Source: Methanobacteriota archaeon
GTDB lineage: Archaea; Undinarchaeota; Undinarchaeia; Undinarchaeales; Undinarchaeaceae
Direction of reading: 5' to 3'
Assembly (NCBI GenBank): GCA_002687935.1
Contig: NZBN01000007.1
Location: forward strand, 5,030-69,029
DNA: 64,000 nt
Shown here: in pieces, positions 28,729 through 37,207 of the stretch
Position numbering within the stretch: the stretch's first letter is position 1
Layout of the letters: each line of letters begins with the position of its first letter
Notes under the pieces: model-generated
Told to the model about the DNA's origin: nothing
Seen by the model: the letters and a program-made list of their open reading frames with translations, nothing else
Databases searched by the model: none
Made by a program: the position numbers and the translations under genes

Positions 28729-30216
28729 TTGTGTGGGAGAATGAAGTTAAAGATAATACTTGCAACATTTGTAATATTCCTTATAGTTACTACTCCAGTT
28801 CTTGCTGAAAGCAGTCTTCAAACACCAAGAACCGGCGACGTTTTTAATCCTGGTGATTCCATTCTGATTACAGGAACTATGACTACGTCGTCAAGTGTTG
28901 CAGGAGCAAATGTTGATGTTTATGCATACAGTAGTGAACTTAACCTGCGAGTTTCTATTCTGTCCAAATTCTACAGTTTCACATCCGACGTTCCTGTTAC
29001 AATATCACAAATAAATCAGGGTGTTGTGAGCTGGACAATTCCACAGGATTCCCGTTCTTCTAGTGACTGGGTAATCTACACAAATGTTTCAAAAGGAGTT
29101 CAGGTATATTCTCTCGCTTCTTCTGGGGAATTTGAAATTTCCAGAGAACTTTCACTTTCATATGGTGCAAATGCTTACAAATTCAATCTTGGTGAATCTC
29201 TTACAATAACTGGGACAGTTCTCGGGGCAGGTGGAAATCCTGTTGACGGAACTGCAAAAGTGAGCTTTTTGGAGACAGTTCTCGGAACATCGTCTACAGA
29301 CTTTTCTTCTATCTCTGGTGGATATTTTGTATATTCAAAAGAGTTTACTTCTTCATCTGATGAAGGAAGTTTCGTTATTACTATTTCTGCAGAAGACAAT
29401 AACAATAACAGTGCACTTTCTGGAACTTTCCCTTTGACAGTTACAAATGATTTGTCTCTGTCTTGCACCATCCCTACTACTGATATAAAACCCGGCAGTT
29501 CTGTCGCAGTAACTGGGGAATTGAAAGATATACACGGAAATCTACTTTCAGATGTGAGTGTAACTGCTCTGATAACAGATCCAGCATCTGCTGAGACTTT
29601 AAGACAGGAAGGAGTAACAGACGGAAACGGGAAATATGGTCTTGATTTCACTCTTCCAAAACTCGGAATGGCGGGTCTCTACAGCGTTCGTGTTGATGCC
29701 AGCGATTCAAACGGCAATGAAGGCCAGTGTGAGATGAGCTTTGATTTAGAGGGTGCCCGTTCTCTGAAAGCAGAACAACTCAGTTTGAATGGAAGTAGTC
29801 ATTATTCTGGTGATGAGCTTATTCTTGGTGTCAAAATTGAAAATGACGGAAATGTCGATATAGGTGGAGTTGTTAAAGTCTACTTCGGCGACGAAGAAGT
29901 TCATTCTTTTGATATATCAATAGAGCGTGCAGAAACCAAAGAAATTTCTGAGACATTTTCACTTGATGCAAACCTTGGAACACATATTGTAAAGCTTTCT
30001 ATTGTGGCACAGGGTCAGATCCTTCTTGAAAAGTCGCTTGACAACACAGTCGATGTTCTTGAAAGAAAAGAACCAGAAAAATTCAAACTAAAAACTACTC
30101 ATATAATATCTGGCTTGGTTATTTTTCTCATAGCATATGTACTAATTTTTTACTGGAAAGATGCCCGTGATTATCTCTGGCACAGACAGCACAAAAGGCA
30201 CTTGAAAAAACACTGA
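28729..30216 (+). CDS. S/T-rich cell-surface protein with signal peptide, CARDB-like beta domain and C-terminal TM anchor.
   Basis: Signal peptide, Ser/Thr-rich repeats, a C-terminal hydrophobic helix and a basic tail. Confidence 0.55.
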   Translation: MCGRMKLKIILATFVIFLIVTTPVLAESSLQTPRTGDVFNPGDSILITGTMTTSSSVAGANVDVYAYSSELNLRVSILSKFYSFTSDVPVTISQINQGVVSWTIPQDSRSSSDWVIYTNVSKGVQVYSLASSGEFEISRELSLSYGANAYKFNLGESLTITGTVLGAGGNPVDGTAKVSFLETVLGTSSTDFSSISGGYFVYSKEFTSSSDEGSFVITISAEDNNNNSALSGTFPLTVTNDLSLSCTIPTTDIKPGSSVAVTGELKDIHGNLLSDVSVTALITDPASAETLRQEGVTDGNGKYGLDFTLPKLGMAGLYSVRVDASDSNGNEGQCEMSFDLEGARSLKAEQLSLNGSSHYSGDELILGVKIENDGNVDIGGVVKVYFGDEEVHSFDISIERAETKEISETFSLDANLGTHIVKLSIVAQGQILLEKSLDNTVDVLERKEPEKFKLKTTHIISGLVIFLIAYVLIFYWKDARDYLWHRQHKRHLKKH

Positions 30217-30396
30217 TTATTCTGCGCCTTTTATTTTGGTTACCAGCTTTACAAGTCCAACTAATATCAAGTAGCTAGCTACAAGAAAGTTGAGAGAATT
30301 CGGATACAGAAATATAAGGACACCGAAAAAAACCATAAGAAGTGGTGAAATAAGTTCCCCAATTCCTACCTTTCTCAAGAGTCTGTGGATATTCAT
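30217..30396 (-). CDS. Possible 59-aa small membrane protein, below the ORF-track size cut-off.
   Basis: ATG at 30396, two hydrophobic helices, and a stop abutting the convergent surface-protein gene. Confidence 0.25.
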   Translation of the reverse strand: MNIHRLLRKVGIGELISPLLMVFFGVLIFLYPNSLNFLVASYLILVGLVKLVTKIKGAE

Positions 30397-30450
30397 TCCT
30401 AATCTCTTGAAACTTCTGTGTTTATATAATGCTTTCGATTTTTTTATTAA

Positions 30451-30524
30451 CAGGCCCGCCGAGATTTGAACTCGGGTTACAAGCTCCGCAAGCTTATGTG
30501 ATATCCAGGCTACACTACGGGCCT
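30451..30524 (-). tRNA. tRNA-Arg(GCG).
   Basis: Hand-folded cloverleaf: acceptor AGGCCCG/CGGGCCU, anticodon stem UAAGC/GCUUG with loop UUGCGGA, T-arm CCGAG-UUCAAAU-CUCGG. No CCA encoded. Confidence 0.75.
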
Positions 30525-30568
30525 ATGAACTAAAAACTGTTTCTCCGCTGTTATATATCTTTCAGCTA

Positions 30569-30937
30569 TCAATAGCCACTGTCAGTAGCAACTGGAGCTG
30601 AGCACACACACTTCGGTTTCATAATATCATTAAGCTCCTCACAAGTATAATCTGTCACATTCTTAGGACATACCTGACAGTCTTCAACAGGAGGGCATTC
30701 CTTGACTTCCGGACATACTACTATTTCAGGACAGATAATCTCAGGACAGCTGATATCCTGGCATTCTGGCGTTGCAGCCAGTCCATACTGGTATCCAAAA
30801 TAACCTCCTCCAACTACTCCGAGAACAAGCATCAGAGTCGCCGCTTTTCCTGGAATAAGTTCCAAAATGAGATCTATAACATCAAGTATTCCGAAAAAAT
30901 CTACCTTCTCTTCTTTGTTCTTTCTTCGCTTTGCCAT
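30569..30937 (-). CDS. Small membrane-anchored Cys-rich protein with CPE repeats.
   Basis: One TM followed by CPEIICPEIVVCPEVKECPPVEDCQVCP. Confidence 0.45.
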   Translation of the reverse strand: MAKRRKNKEEKVDFFGILDVIDLILELIPGKAATLMLVLGVVGGGYFGYQYGLAATPECQDISCPEIICPEIVVCPEVKECPPVEDCQVCPKNVTDYTCEELNDIMKPKCVCSAPVATDSGY

Positions 30938-31050
30938 ATTATCACTATGTATGGTCTCTCTTTAAATCCTTCTTTTATCAAACTCAAGAATTTAATTCAT
31001 TTAATTGCCTAAGGCAAAGTATTTTTAAAAGAGCGCTTTACCGTGATAGT

Positions 31051-32232
31051 ATGAAGTGGGATTTGAACTTTGAAAGGCTGGAAGAAGACTTATTTTCTCT
31101 AATAGAAATTCCAAGTGTTTCCGGAAATGAACAGGCAATTTCAAATTTTATTCTAAGTACATTAAAAAAATCGGGTTTAAAACCAGAGCAGGATGAAATG
31201 GGGAATATTATTGTTCAGATTGATGGAAAGCACAAAGGAAAGCATGTTATTCTAAATGGTCATCTGGATACAGTTCCTCCTGGGAAGGGCTGGAAAGGAG
31301 ATCCCTATAAAGCAAGAAAGGCCAATGGCAGAATCTATGGTCTTGGTTCTGCGGATATGAAGGCAGGGCTTGCCATAATGATGGAGCTTTCCCGTATTTT
31401 TCATTCACTCAAAAGAAACTTTTGCGGAAAAGTTACTTTTACATTTACTGTCGGAGAGGAAGTTGAAGATCACAAGAGGCACGGTGCATATCATATAACT
31501 AAAAATTTGAAAGGTGATTTTGCCCTGGTTCTTGAGCCGTCCCAGCAGGACGATTCCAAGAAAATATGTGTAAAAGTTGGTAATGGCGGTCGCTGTATCT
31601 TGAAGGCTAAGATACACGGAAAAGCAGCCCATTCCAGCAGACCCTTTCTTGGAGTAAATGCGTTGGAACTTGGCTCTCTAGTAGTCAACAAAATTAGAAA
31701 AGAAGCTCCCAAAATTAAAGAATTCAAAATTAAAGAATTGGGTGTGAGTTTCAGGCCTGGTTTTTCTGTTACACAAATGAGTGTTGATGACAGTCCTTCT
31801 AATGTTATACCTGATTACTGCGAGTTAATAATAGACCGCAGAACAGTTCCAGGGGAAAAACGGACAGACATTATTAAGTATGTTCGTTCCATTTTGGAGT
31901 CCGTCAAAAAAGAAAGTGGTATTAAATTTAAGTATGAACTCAAATTACTTGGCTACAGGAGACCGATTTTAATGCCCCTGAATTCGAAATTATTGAAAAC
32001 TCTTATAGAAAAAGTAGAGAAGAGATATTCTTACACGCCACGTTTACTATTTTCACTGGGAACTTCCGATGCGGGATATTTCGAAAAAAGTGGTACACCT
32101 ACACTATCATTCGGACCTGGAGATTTATACCATATCCATAAAGCTAATGAGCACGTCTCTAGGGCGGGGCTTCGCGCATATGCACTGATTTGCATGGATA
32201 TAATTTCAGATGTATGTGAGACAGGAAAATAA
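31051..32232 (+). CDS. M20-family metallopeptidase / deacylase (ArgE/DapE/LysK-like).
   Basis: HLDTVP and GSADMKAG metal-binding motifs. Start chosen at ATG 31051. Confidence 0.75.
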   Translation: MKWDLNFERLEEDLFSLIEIPSVSGNEQAISNFILSTLKKSGLKPEQDEMGNIIVQIDGKHKGKHVILNGHLDTVPPGKGWKGDPYKARKANGRIYGLGSADMKAGLAIMMELSRIFHSLKRNFCGKVTFTFTVGEEVEDHKRHGAYHITKNLKGDFALVLEPSQQDDSKKICVKVGNGGRCILKAKIHGKAAHSSRPFLGVNALELGSLVVNKIRKEAPKIKEFKIKELGVSFRPGFSVTQMSVDDSPSNVIPDYCELIIDRRTVPGEKRTDIIKYVRSILESVKKESGIKFKYELKLLGYRRPILMPLNSKLLKTLIEKVEKRYSYTPRLLFSLGTSDAGYFEKSGTPTLSFGPGDLYHIHKANEHVSRAGLRAYALICMDIISDVCETGK

Positions 32233-32233
32233 C

Positions 32234-33577
32234 ATGAGAAAGTATCTAAAAAGACCAAAAGTAGGTATGGAAGTCGAGTTGTTTACTCTAGACAATAATG
32301 GAATTCCAGTTCCTGCTGTAGATAAATTGATTAAGAATTGTTCTGTGCAGAAGCGGCAATACGCAATACAAAGAGAATATGCAAAACACCTGCTCGAGAT
32401 TGGTGCCTTCCCAACAATACAGGTTAGAAATCTTGCCTTAAGTTTCCTTGAAAATTTAGAGGCAGTTACAGAGACTGCTGAAGAACAGGATTTATTTCTA
32501 TATCCTTTGGGAACCTATCCTGGAAAATTTACAGCAGAAGTCAGAAGAGAGTATTCTCATGTCGTACAAGAGAAAGTTATTGGTGAAGAAGTTAAAAATA
32601 TAGCTCCAAAGGTCGCAGGTTTCCACTTCCATTACGGTCTTCCAAGAGGAATTCTCAATCGCTCGACATATGAGCTTAGAATGACAAAAAATCCAAAGGA
32701 GAGGGAGGCATTTTTGAGTGAATATAATTTTTTGATAGCGGCCGACCCGGCTCTGACTACCTTTATGCAATCTTCACCTTTCTTTGAAGGGAAGCTCTTA
32801 GGAAAGGACAGCAGAACTTTGCTGTATCGTGATATGAAAAGCAAAGTTAATGATGAAATTATAAGAGGAATTTACAGAGAAGAGAGAACTTTTGGAAGAA
32901 TTCCGCGTTATGCTAATACGATTGCAGACTTAAACTTCCTTGTTGAGAAGCGCAGAAGTAGCTGGGAAGCCTTGATGAAGGATGCTGGTATGTCCTATAA
33001 GAAAATTTCACACAGGAAAAAACCACTTGACTTGTATTGGGGTCCTGTAAGGATTAACAAGCTCGGAACTTTAGAACAGCGTGGAATGGATATTAATGAG
33101 CCGAAATACGTTGTTGGAATTTCAATTCTCTTGAGGCATATACTCAGACAGATTAATAGGATGGATCTCAAAGTTAAGGCAAGCGATTTTGGTGCATACA
33201 AGCCCTTCAAACTGGAAGGCGATACTATTCATATAGCTCCCTTTTCAAAAGTTAAAAATGACTTGCAGTATAAGTCTGCGCTGGATGGTCTAGAGGACAA
33301 GGAAATTTTGCATTATTGCCAAAGCTTCTATCGTCTGGCAAAGAAATTTATAGAACATGACAGAGGTCTTGCTCTCAAATCAATCAAAAATATGCTAAAG
33401 ACAAAAAGAACCAAATCTGATATGGTAATCAGAGCTGCAAAGCGAAAGGGCTACTCTGGTGATTCTGAACTGCCTCAGGAAGTTGCTGCAGAAATAGCCA
33501 TAAAATACTCTAAAAAATTCATCACAGAAATAGAAAAAACCAAATCAGATATCAAAAATATCAGCTTAGATGATTAA
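32234..33577 (+). CDS. Carboxylate-amine ligase of the GCS2/YbdK family (glutamate-cysteine-ligase-like).
   Basis: GMEVELF, LGTYPG and FHFHYG motifs resemble YbdK LGIELE/GGTHPF/HVHVG. Start is 2 nt after the M20 stop. Confidence 0.6.
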   Translation: MRKYLKRPKVGMEVELFTLDNNGIPVPAVDKLIKNCSVQKRQYAIQREYAKHLLEIGAFPTIQVRNLALSFLENLEAVTETAEEQDLFLYPLGTYPGKFTAEVRREYSHVVQEKVIGEEVKNIAPKVAGFHFHYGLPRGILNRSTYELRMTKNPKEREAFLSEYNFLIAADPALTTFMQSSPFFEGKLLGKDSRTLLYRDMKSKVNDEIIRGIYREERTFGRIPRYANTIADLNFLVEKRRSSWEALMKDAGMSYKKISHRKKPLDLYWGPVRINKLGTLEQRGMDINEPKYVVGISILLRHILRQINRMDLKVKASDFGAYKPFKLEGDTIHIAPFSKVKNDLQYKSALDGLEDKEILHYCQSFYRLAKKFIEHDRGLALKSIKNMLKTKRTKSDMVIRAAKRKGYSGDSELPQEVAAEIAIKYSKKFITEIEKTKSDIKNISLDD

Positions 33578-33586
33578 ATTATATAG

Positions 33587-33661
33587 TGCACCCGGAGGGA
33601 TTTGAACCCCCGACTTCTGACTTAGGAGGTCAGCGCCTTATCCAGACTAGGCTACGGGTGC
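33587..33661 (-). tRNA. tRNA-Arg(CCU).
   Basis: Acceptor GCACCCG/CGGGUGC, anticodon loop CUCCUAA, T-arm GGGGG-UUCAAAU-CCCUC. Confidence 0.8.
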
Positions 33662-33701
33662 AGACACTCCAATCCATCTGTATATTCGTATTTATCTCTT
33701 A

Positions 33702-35435
33702 CTACATACGTTCAGGAATCCGTATTCCGAGCAAGTAGAGGCATCTTCCGAGTGTATTGTAAACAGACTGTACGAGAAGTATCCTCGCCTTCCTCACGTC
33801 CTTATCCGTTTCCTTCAGTACAGGATGCTGAGCATAGAATGCGTTAAATTTTTCCGCCAAGTGTATAGAATAGTTTGCGATTATATCTGGCCTGTAATTC
33901 TTTGAAGCTTCCCTTACAGCCATTGGAAATTTACTAAGGTGCTTTATTATTTCATATTCCTCATCGTTTGGAACCTTCATGTCAACTTTAGCGGGGTCAG
34001 GGAATTTTTTAACATCTTCAAGTATATGCATTGATCTTACCGTGGCATACTGTAGATAAGGTCCCGTTTCTCCTTCAAATTCAAGTGAGCGTTCCCAGTC
34101 AAAGAATATAGTTTTATTATTTCCAATGTTCAGCATCTGGAATTTCATTGCCCCTAAAGATATATCCAATGCTATCTTCCTCTGCATTCTCGGATCTATG
34201 TCAGGATTCCTCAGCATAACTTCCTCAAGCGCCTTTTCGAACATGCGGTTTTTCATTTCCGAGTAAAGTATTGAAGTTCCTTCTCTGGATGACATCTTCC
34301 CGGAAGCAAGTGTAACAAGGTCGTATGGTATGTGTTTGCATTTATCCGCGTTCTTGAATTTCATCTTCTTAAGCACATTAAAGAGCTGCTGGAAGTGAAG
34401 CCTCTGCTCTGAGCCGGTTATGTATATTGACTTGTCAATTCCATAATCTTCAAATTTAGTTTTTGCCAGAGCAAGGTCCTTTGTCGAATACAAAGCAGTT
34501 CCGTCTGAACGAAGAATCAGGAAAATACCGAGCTTCTCCGGTTTTTCCATATTTATGATAATAGCACCGTCACTTTTCTTTGCTATTTTTTCCTTAAGGA
34601 GCTCCTGTACTATCTCCTTCCCTGGCTTTTCCATCTGGCTTTCAAAGAACCACACATCAAAATGAGCGTCCAAATCTTCGTATATCTTATTGAAATCATT
34701 TATAGACCACTGCTTGGTTTCATTCCAGAGTTGCATTAGGTCTCCATCACTTTCGTCCTCGAGATTTCTGAGAACTTCTTCAACTTCTTTCTTATAGTCT
34801 GGATATTGTTCTATTTTTTCACAGGCTTCAGTGTAGAGCTTGCCCAGCCATTCTCCCTTGCTTTCCCGTGGAACTTCCCCTTCGTGGAATTTTCTATAAC
34901 ACCATAGGACCTTTGCTACATGCGCTCCGACATCTCCAGGGTAGTTCGCCTGAACAACTTCATATCCGGACTGCCTTAGTATCCTTGAAAGGCTCTCTCC
35001 TAGGGAAGTTCCTCTCAAATGTCCTATATGGAAAGCTTTGTGCGTATTCGCCTGACTGTATTCAACCATCACTTTCTCTTCCTGCGGAAGGTTTTGTCCA
35101 TAATCAGTTTTTACAGCTTCTTTCAGAACACTTCCCATAAACAAATCTTTCTTGAAGAAGAAATTAACATAGGCTCCTGCAAGCTTAACCTTTGAGCAGG
35201 ACTTCGGTTTTTTGATATTAGCAAGTATCTTTTCCGCAAATTCTCTCGGACTTTTTCTCTTCAGTTTTCCCAGCGGGAAAGAAACACTGCATGCAAGGTC
35301 TCCCATTTTATAACTTGGAGGTTCTTCAATAGTTCTTTCAATTTCCACTTGTGGCTTTAGTTTTAGCTTTTTCAGAACTTCTTTTACTGCTTCTACAACT
35401 TCTTCCCGTGCTTCCATCCAAGGGTCTGGTATCAA
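33702..35435 (-). CDS. argS: Arginyl-tRNA synthetase.
   Basis: Class I HIGH-like HIGHLRG motif, KMSS-like MSSR motif, and a C-terminal DALR anticodon-binding domain. Confidence 0.85.
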   Translation of the reverse strand: MIPDPWMEAREEVVEAVKEVLKKLKLKPQVEIERTIEEPPSYKMGDLACSVSFPLGKLKRKSPREFAEKILANIKKPKSCSKVKLAGAYVNFFFKKDLFMGSVLKEAVKTDYGQNLPQEEKVMVEYSQANTHKAFHIGHLRGTSLGESLSRILRQSGYEVVQANYPGDVGAHVAKVLWCYRKFHEGEVPRESKGEWLGKLYTEACEKIEQYPDYKKEVEEVLRNLEDESDGDLMQLWNETKQWSINDFNKIYEDLDAHFDVWFFESQMEKPGKEIVQELLKEKIAKKSDGAIIINMEKPEKLGIFLILRSDGTALYSTKDLALAKTKFEDYGIDKSIYITGSEQRLHFQQLFNVLKKMKFKNADKCKHIPYDLVTLASGKMSSREGTSILYSEMKNRMFEKALEEVMLRNPDIDPRMQRKIALDISLGAMKFQMLNIGNNKTIFFDWERSLEFEGETGPYLQYATVRSMHILEDVKKFPDPAKVDMKVPNDEEYEIIKHLSKFPMAVREASKNYRPDIIANYSIHLAEKFNAFYAQHPVLKETDKDVRKARILLVQSVYNTLGRCLYLLGIRIPERM

Positions 35436-35740
35436 TATTTCTTCTTTCTCAGGCTGTTTGACAGCTTTCTTGGGCGCCTTTTAGTTGTTTTTTTCTTTCC
35501 CTTAACAGCTTTCTTAACCAGCCTTTTCTTAGAAACTTTAGCTTTCTTCACTGCCTTTTTCTTAACAACTTTCTTCTTCACAGTCTTCCTGTTAACCTTA
35601 GCAACTTTCTTAGAAACTTTAAATTTCTTAACAGCTTTCCGCTTGTCCTTAACAGCCTTTTTAGAAGTCTTTTTCACAGTTTTAGTCTTTTTCACCATTT
35701 TCTTCTTCTTAATGGGGTTTTTCTTGTTTTTTACAGCCAT
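35432..35740 (-). CDS. Lysine-rich (~45 percent K) low-complexity basic protein, translationally coupled to argS.
   Basis: ATG at 35740 sits 8 nt after the tRNA-Arg(UCG) 3' end. KKAVKK-type repeats. Its stop overlaps the argS start (ATGA). Confidence 0.55.
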   Translation of the reverse strand: MAVKNKKNPIKKKKMVKKTKTVKKTSKKAVKDKRKAVKKFKVSKKVAKVNRKTVKKKVVKKKAVKKAKVSKKRLVKKAVKGKKKTTKRRPRKLSNSLRKKKY

Positions 35741-35748
35741 AATTTTTA

Positions 35749-35824
35749 TGGGCCCAACGGGATTTGAACCCGCAATCTCCTGGTCCGAAGCCAAGTGTCA
35801 TAATCCGGGTTAGACCATGGGCCC
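35749..35824 (-). tRNA. tRNA-Arg(UCG).
   Basis: Acceptor GGGCCCA/UGGGCCC, anticodon stem CUUGG/CCAGG with loop CUUCGGA, T-arm GCGGG-UUCAAAU-CCCGU. Confidence 0.75.
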
Positions 35825-35846
35825 GCTGTGTATATAGTTTTTTTGA

Positions 35847-36389
35847 TTAAATAGTATTCGCTACTATGCTCAATATCCCACTAAAGTAGTATGTTAGCAA
35901 AAAGTAGTTTCCTATTGTATTAAAGAAACCGAAGGCGATTCGCCGGTCAAGTGGGTCAAAAAATACACGGTTTCTGATGATTGAGAAAAGGACATTTGTG
36001 ATTAATATTATGGACCACAGAGCGAATTGATAAAGGAGATGGGGTGGCGCGAAACTGACCGCAATCACAACACAAAACAGGGCAATCATGTCCATAATCA
36101 CCCATGGTATTTTCTGTATATTTCCAAGAATTTTCCCAGCCGGGTTCAGGAAAATCGTACTCATAACTATGGCATACATCGCTTCTGACAGCCCCAGGGT
36201 TGCGACGGCTGCAATAAGAAAAACGTTGTGAAATTCGAGTTTCAGGTTATCATATATAGAGCTCGACCTACTTGCTATTGTGATAAGACTTACAAGAATG
36301 ACACCTTTCCAAGTTTCTGGATAGAGGAGCATAGGAAGAACCATACAAACTATGATGGTCGTTAGCAGAACCTTTGCTCCAGTTTTCAC
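35847..36389 (-). CDS. Hypothetical polytopic membrane protein.
   Basis: 5-6 hydrophobic helices. No signature recognised. Confidence 0.45.
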   Translation of the reverse strand: MKTGAKVLLTTIIVCMVLPMLLYPETWKGVILVSLITIASRSSSIYDNLKLEFHNVFLIAAVATLGLSEAMYAIVMSTIFLNPAGKILGNIQKIPWVIMDMIALFCVVIAVSFAPPHLLYQFALWSIILITNVLFSIIRNRVFFDPLDRRIAFGFFNTIGNYFLLTYYFSGILSIVANTI

Positions 36390-36468
36390 CGTATTTTGAT
36401 AAACAACATGAATTAAATAATCATCGATAGCAGCAAGCTTAAAATAACAGGCTTCAATATCAAAGTCT

Positions 36469-37098
36469 ATGGGAAAACGGGAGCAGTCTTTTACATTTTT
36501 GAAAAAATCAGGTTCTCTTGGCCTTATAACGGCTGTGTTTTTCCTTCTCGCCGTTTATGGACTTATAGCCTCATCTAATATTCTCTTTATTGCAGGACTT
36601 TTTACAATACTGAGTATTTACAGCAGAATATACTCATGCAAAGCGCCGCTTGACATTTCTGTCATCGGCATCGGCTCAATCTGCATCGCTGTAGTTAGTG
36701 ATGTGTGGCTCGCCGCAATCTTCGGATTTTCTATGTGGCTCATCACAATGATGTGGCAGCCTTATATTGAATTCAGCTACCAAATACCTCACGCCATCGC
36801 TTCATTTATTGTGATGCTATTCTTTCCACTTTTTATTTCATATGCAGGAAAAAACCTGGTTCTTATGGCAGTTTCTTATGCCCTTGTAAAGTTCATAATT
36901 GAATCTATACTTTTCACACCACTCCTTAGGCCCGCCACAATAATTCCTGATTTGATATTTAATCTTCAGGAGCTTCCCTTTACAATATTCTATACGGCCA
37001 TTGTAATGCAGTTTTTCGCCGGTCCAATCTTACTTTCTCTTGGAATTTCTGGCTGGGAAACAGGCTCCTTGTGGTTATTTATAAAAATGATTTTCTAA
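36469..37098 (+). CDS. Hypothetical polytopic membrane protein.
   Basis: 6-7 hydrophobic helices. Divergent from the neighbouring membrane gene. Confidence 0.45.
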   Translation: MGKREQSFTFLKKSGSLGLITAVFFLLAVYGLIASSNILFIAGLFTILSIYSRIYSCKAPLDISVIGIGSICIAVVSDVWLAAIFGFSMWLITMMWQPYIEFSYQIPHAIASFIVMLFFPLFISYAGKNLVLMAVSYALVKFIIESILFTPLLRPATIIPDLIFNLQELPFTIFYTAIVMQFFAGPILLSLGISGWETGSLWLFIKMIF

Positions 37099-37107
37099 AT
37101 AAGAAAG

Positions 37108-37182
37108 TGGGCCTGGAGGGATTTGAACCCCCGATCTATTGCTTAGAAGGCAATCGCCTTATCCAGACTAGGCTACAGGCCC
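37108..37182 (-). tRNA. tRNA-Arg(UCU).
   Basis: Acceptor GGGCCUG/CAGGCCC, anticodon loop CUUCUAA. D- and T-arms are near-identical to tRNA-Arg(CCU). Confidence 0.8.
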
Positions 37183-37207
37183 GACAAAACTATGGGCTAG
37201 GGTCTTT

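Noticed and set aside
35741-35794. ORF-track N-terminus MASDQEIAGSNPVGPIKI of the lysine-rich ORF.
   Set aside because: This segment is the reverse-strand translation of tRNA-Arg(UCG), 35749-35824. The start was moved to ATG 35740.
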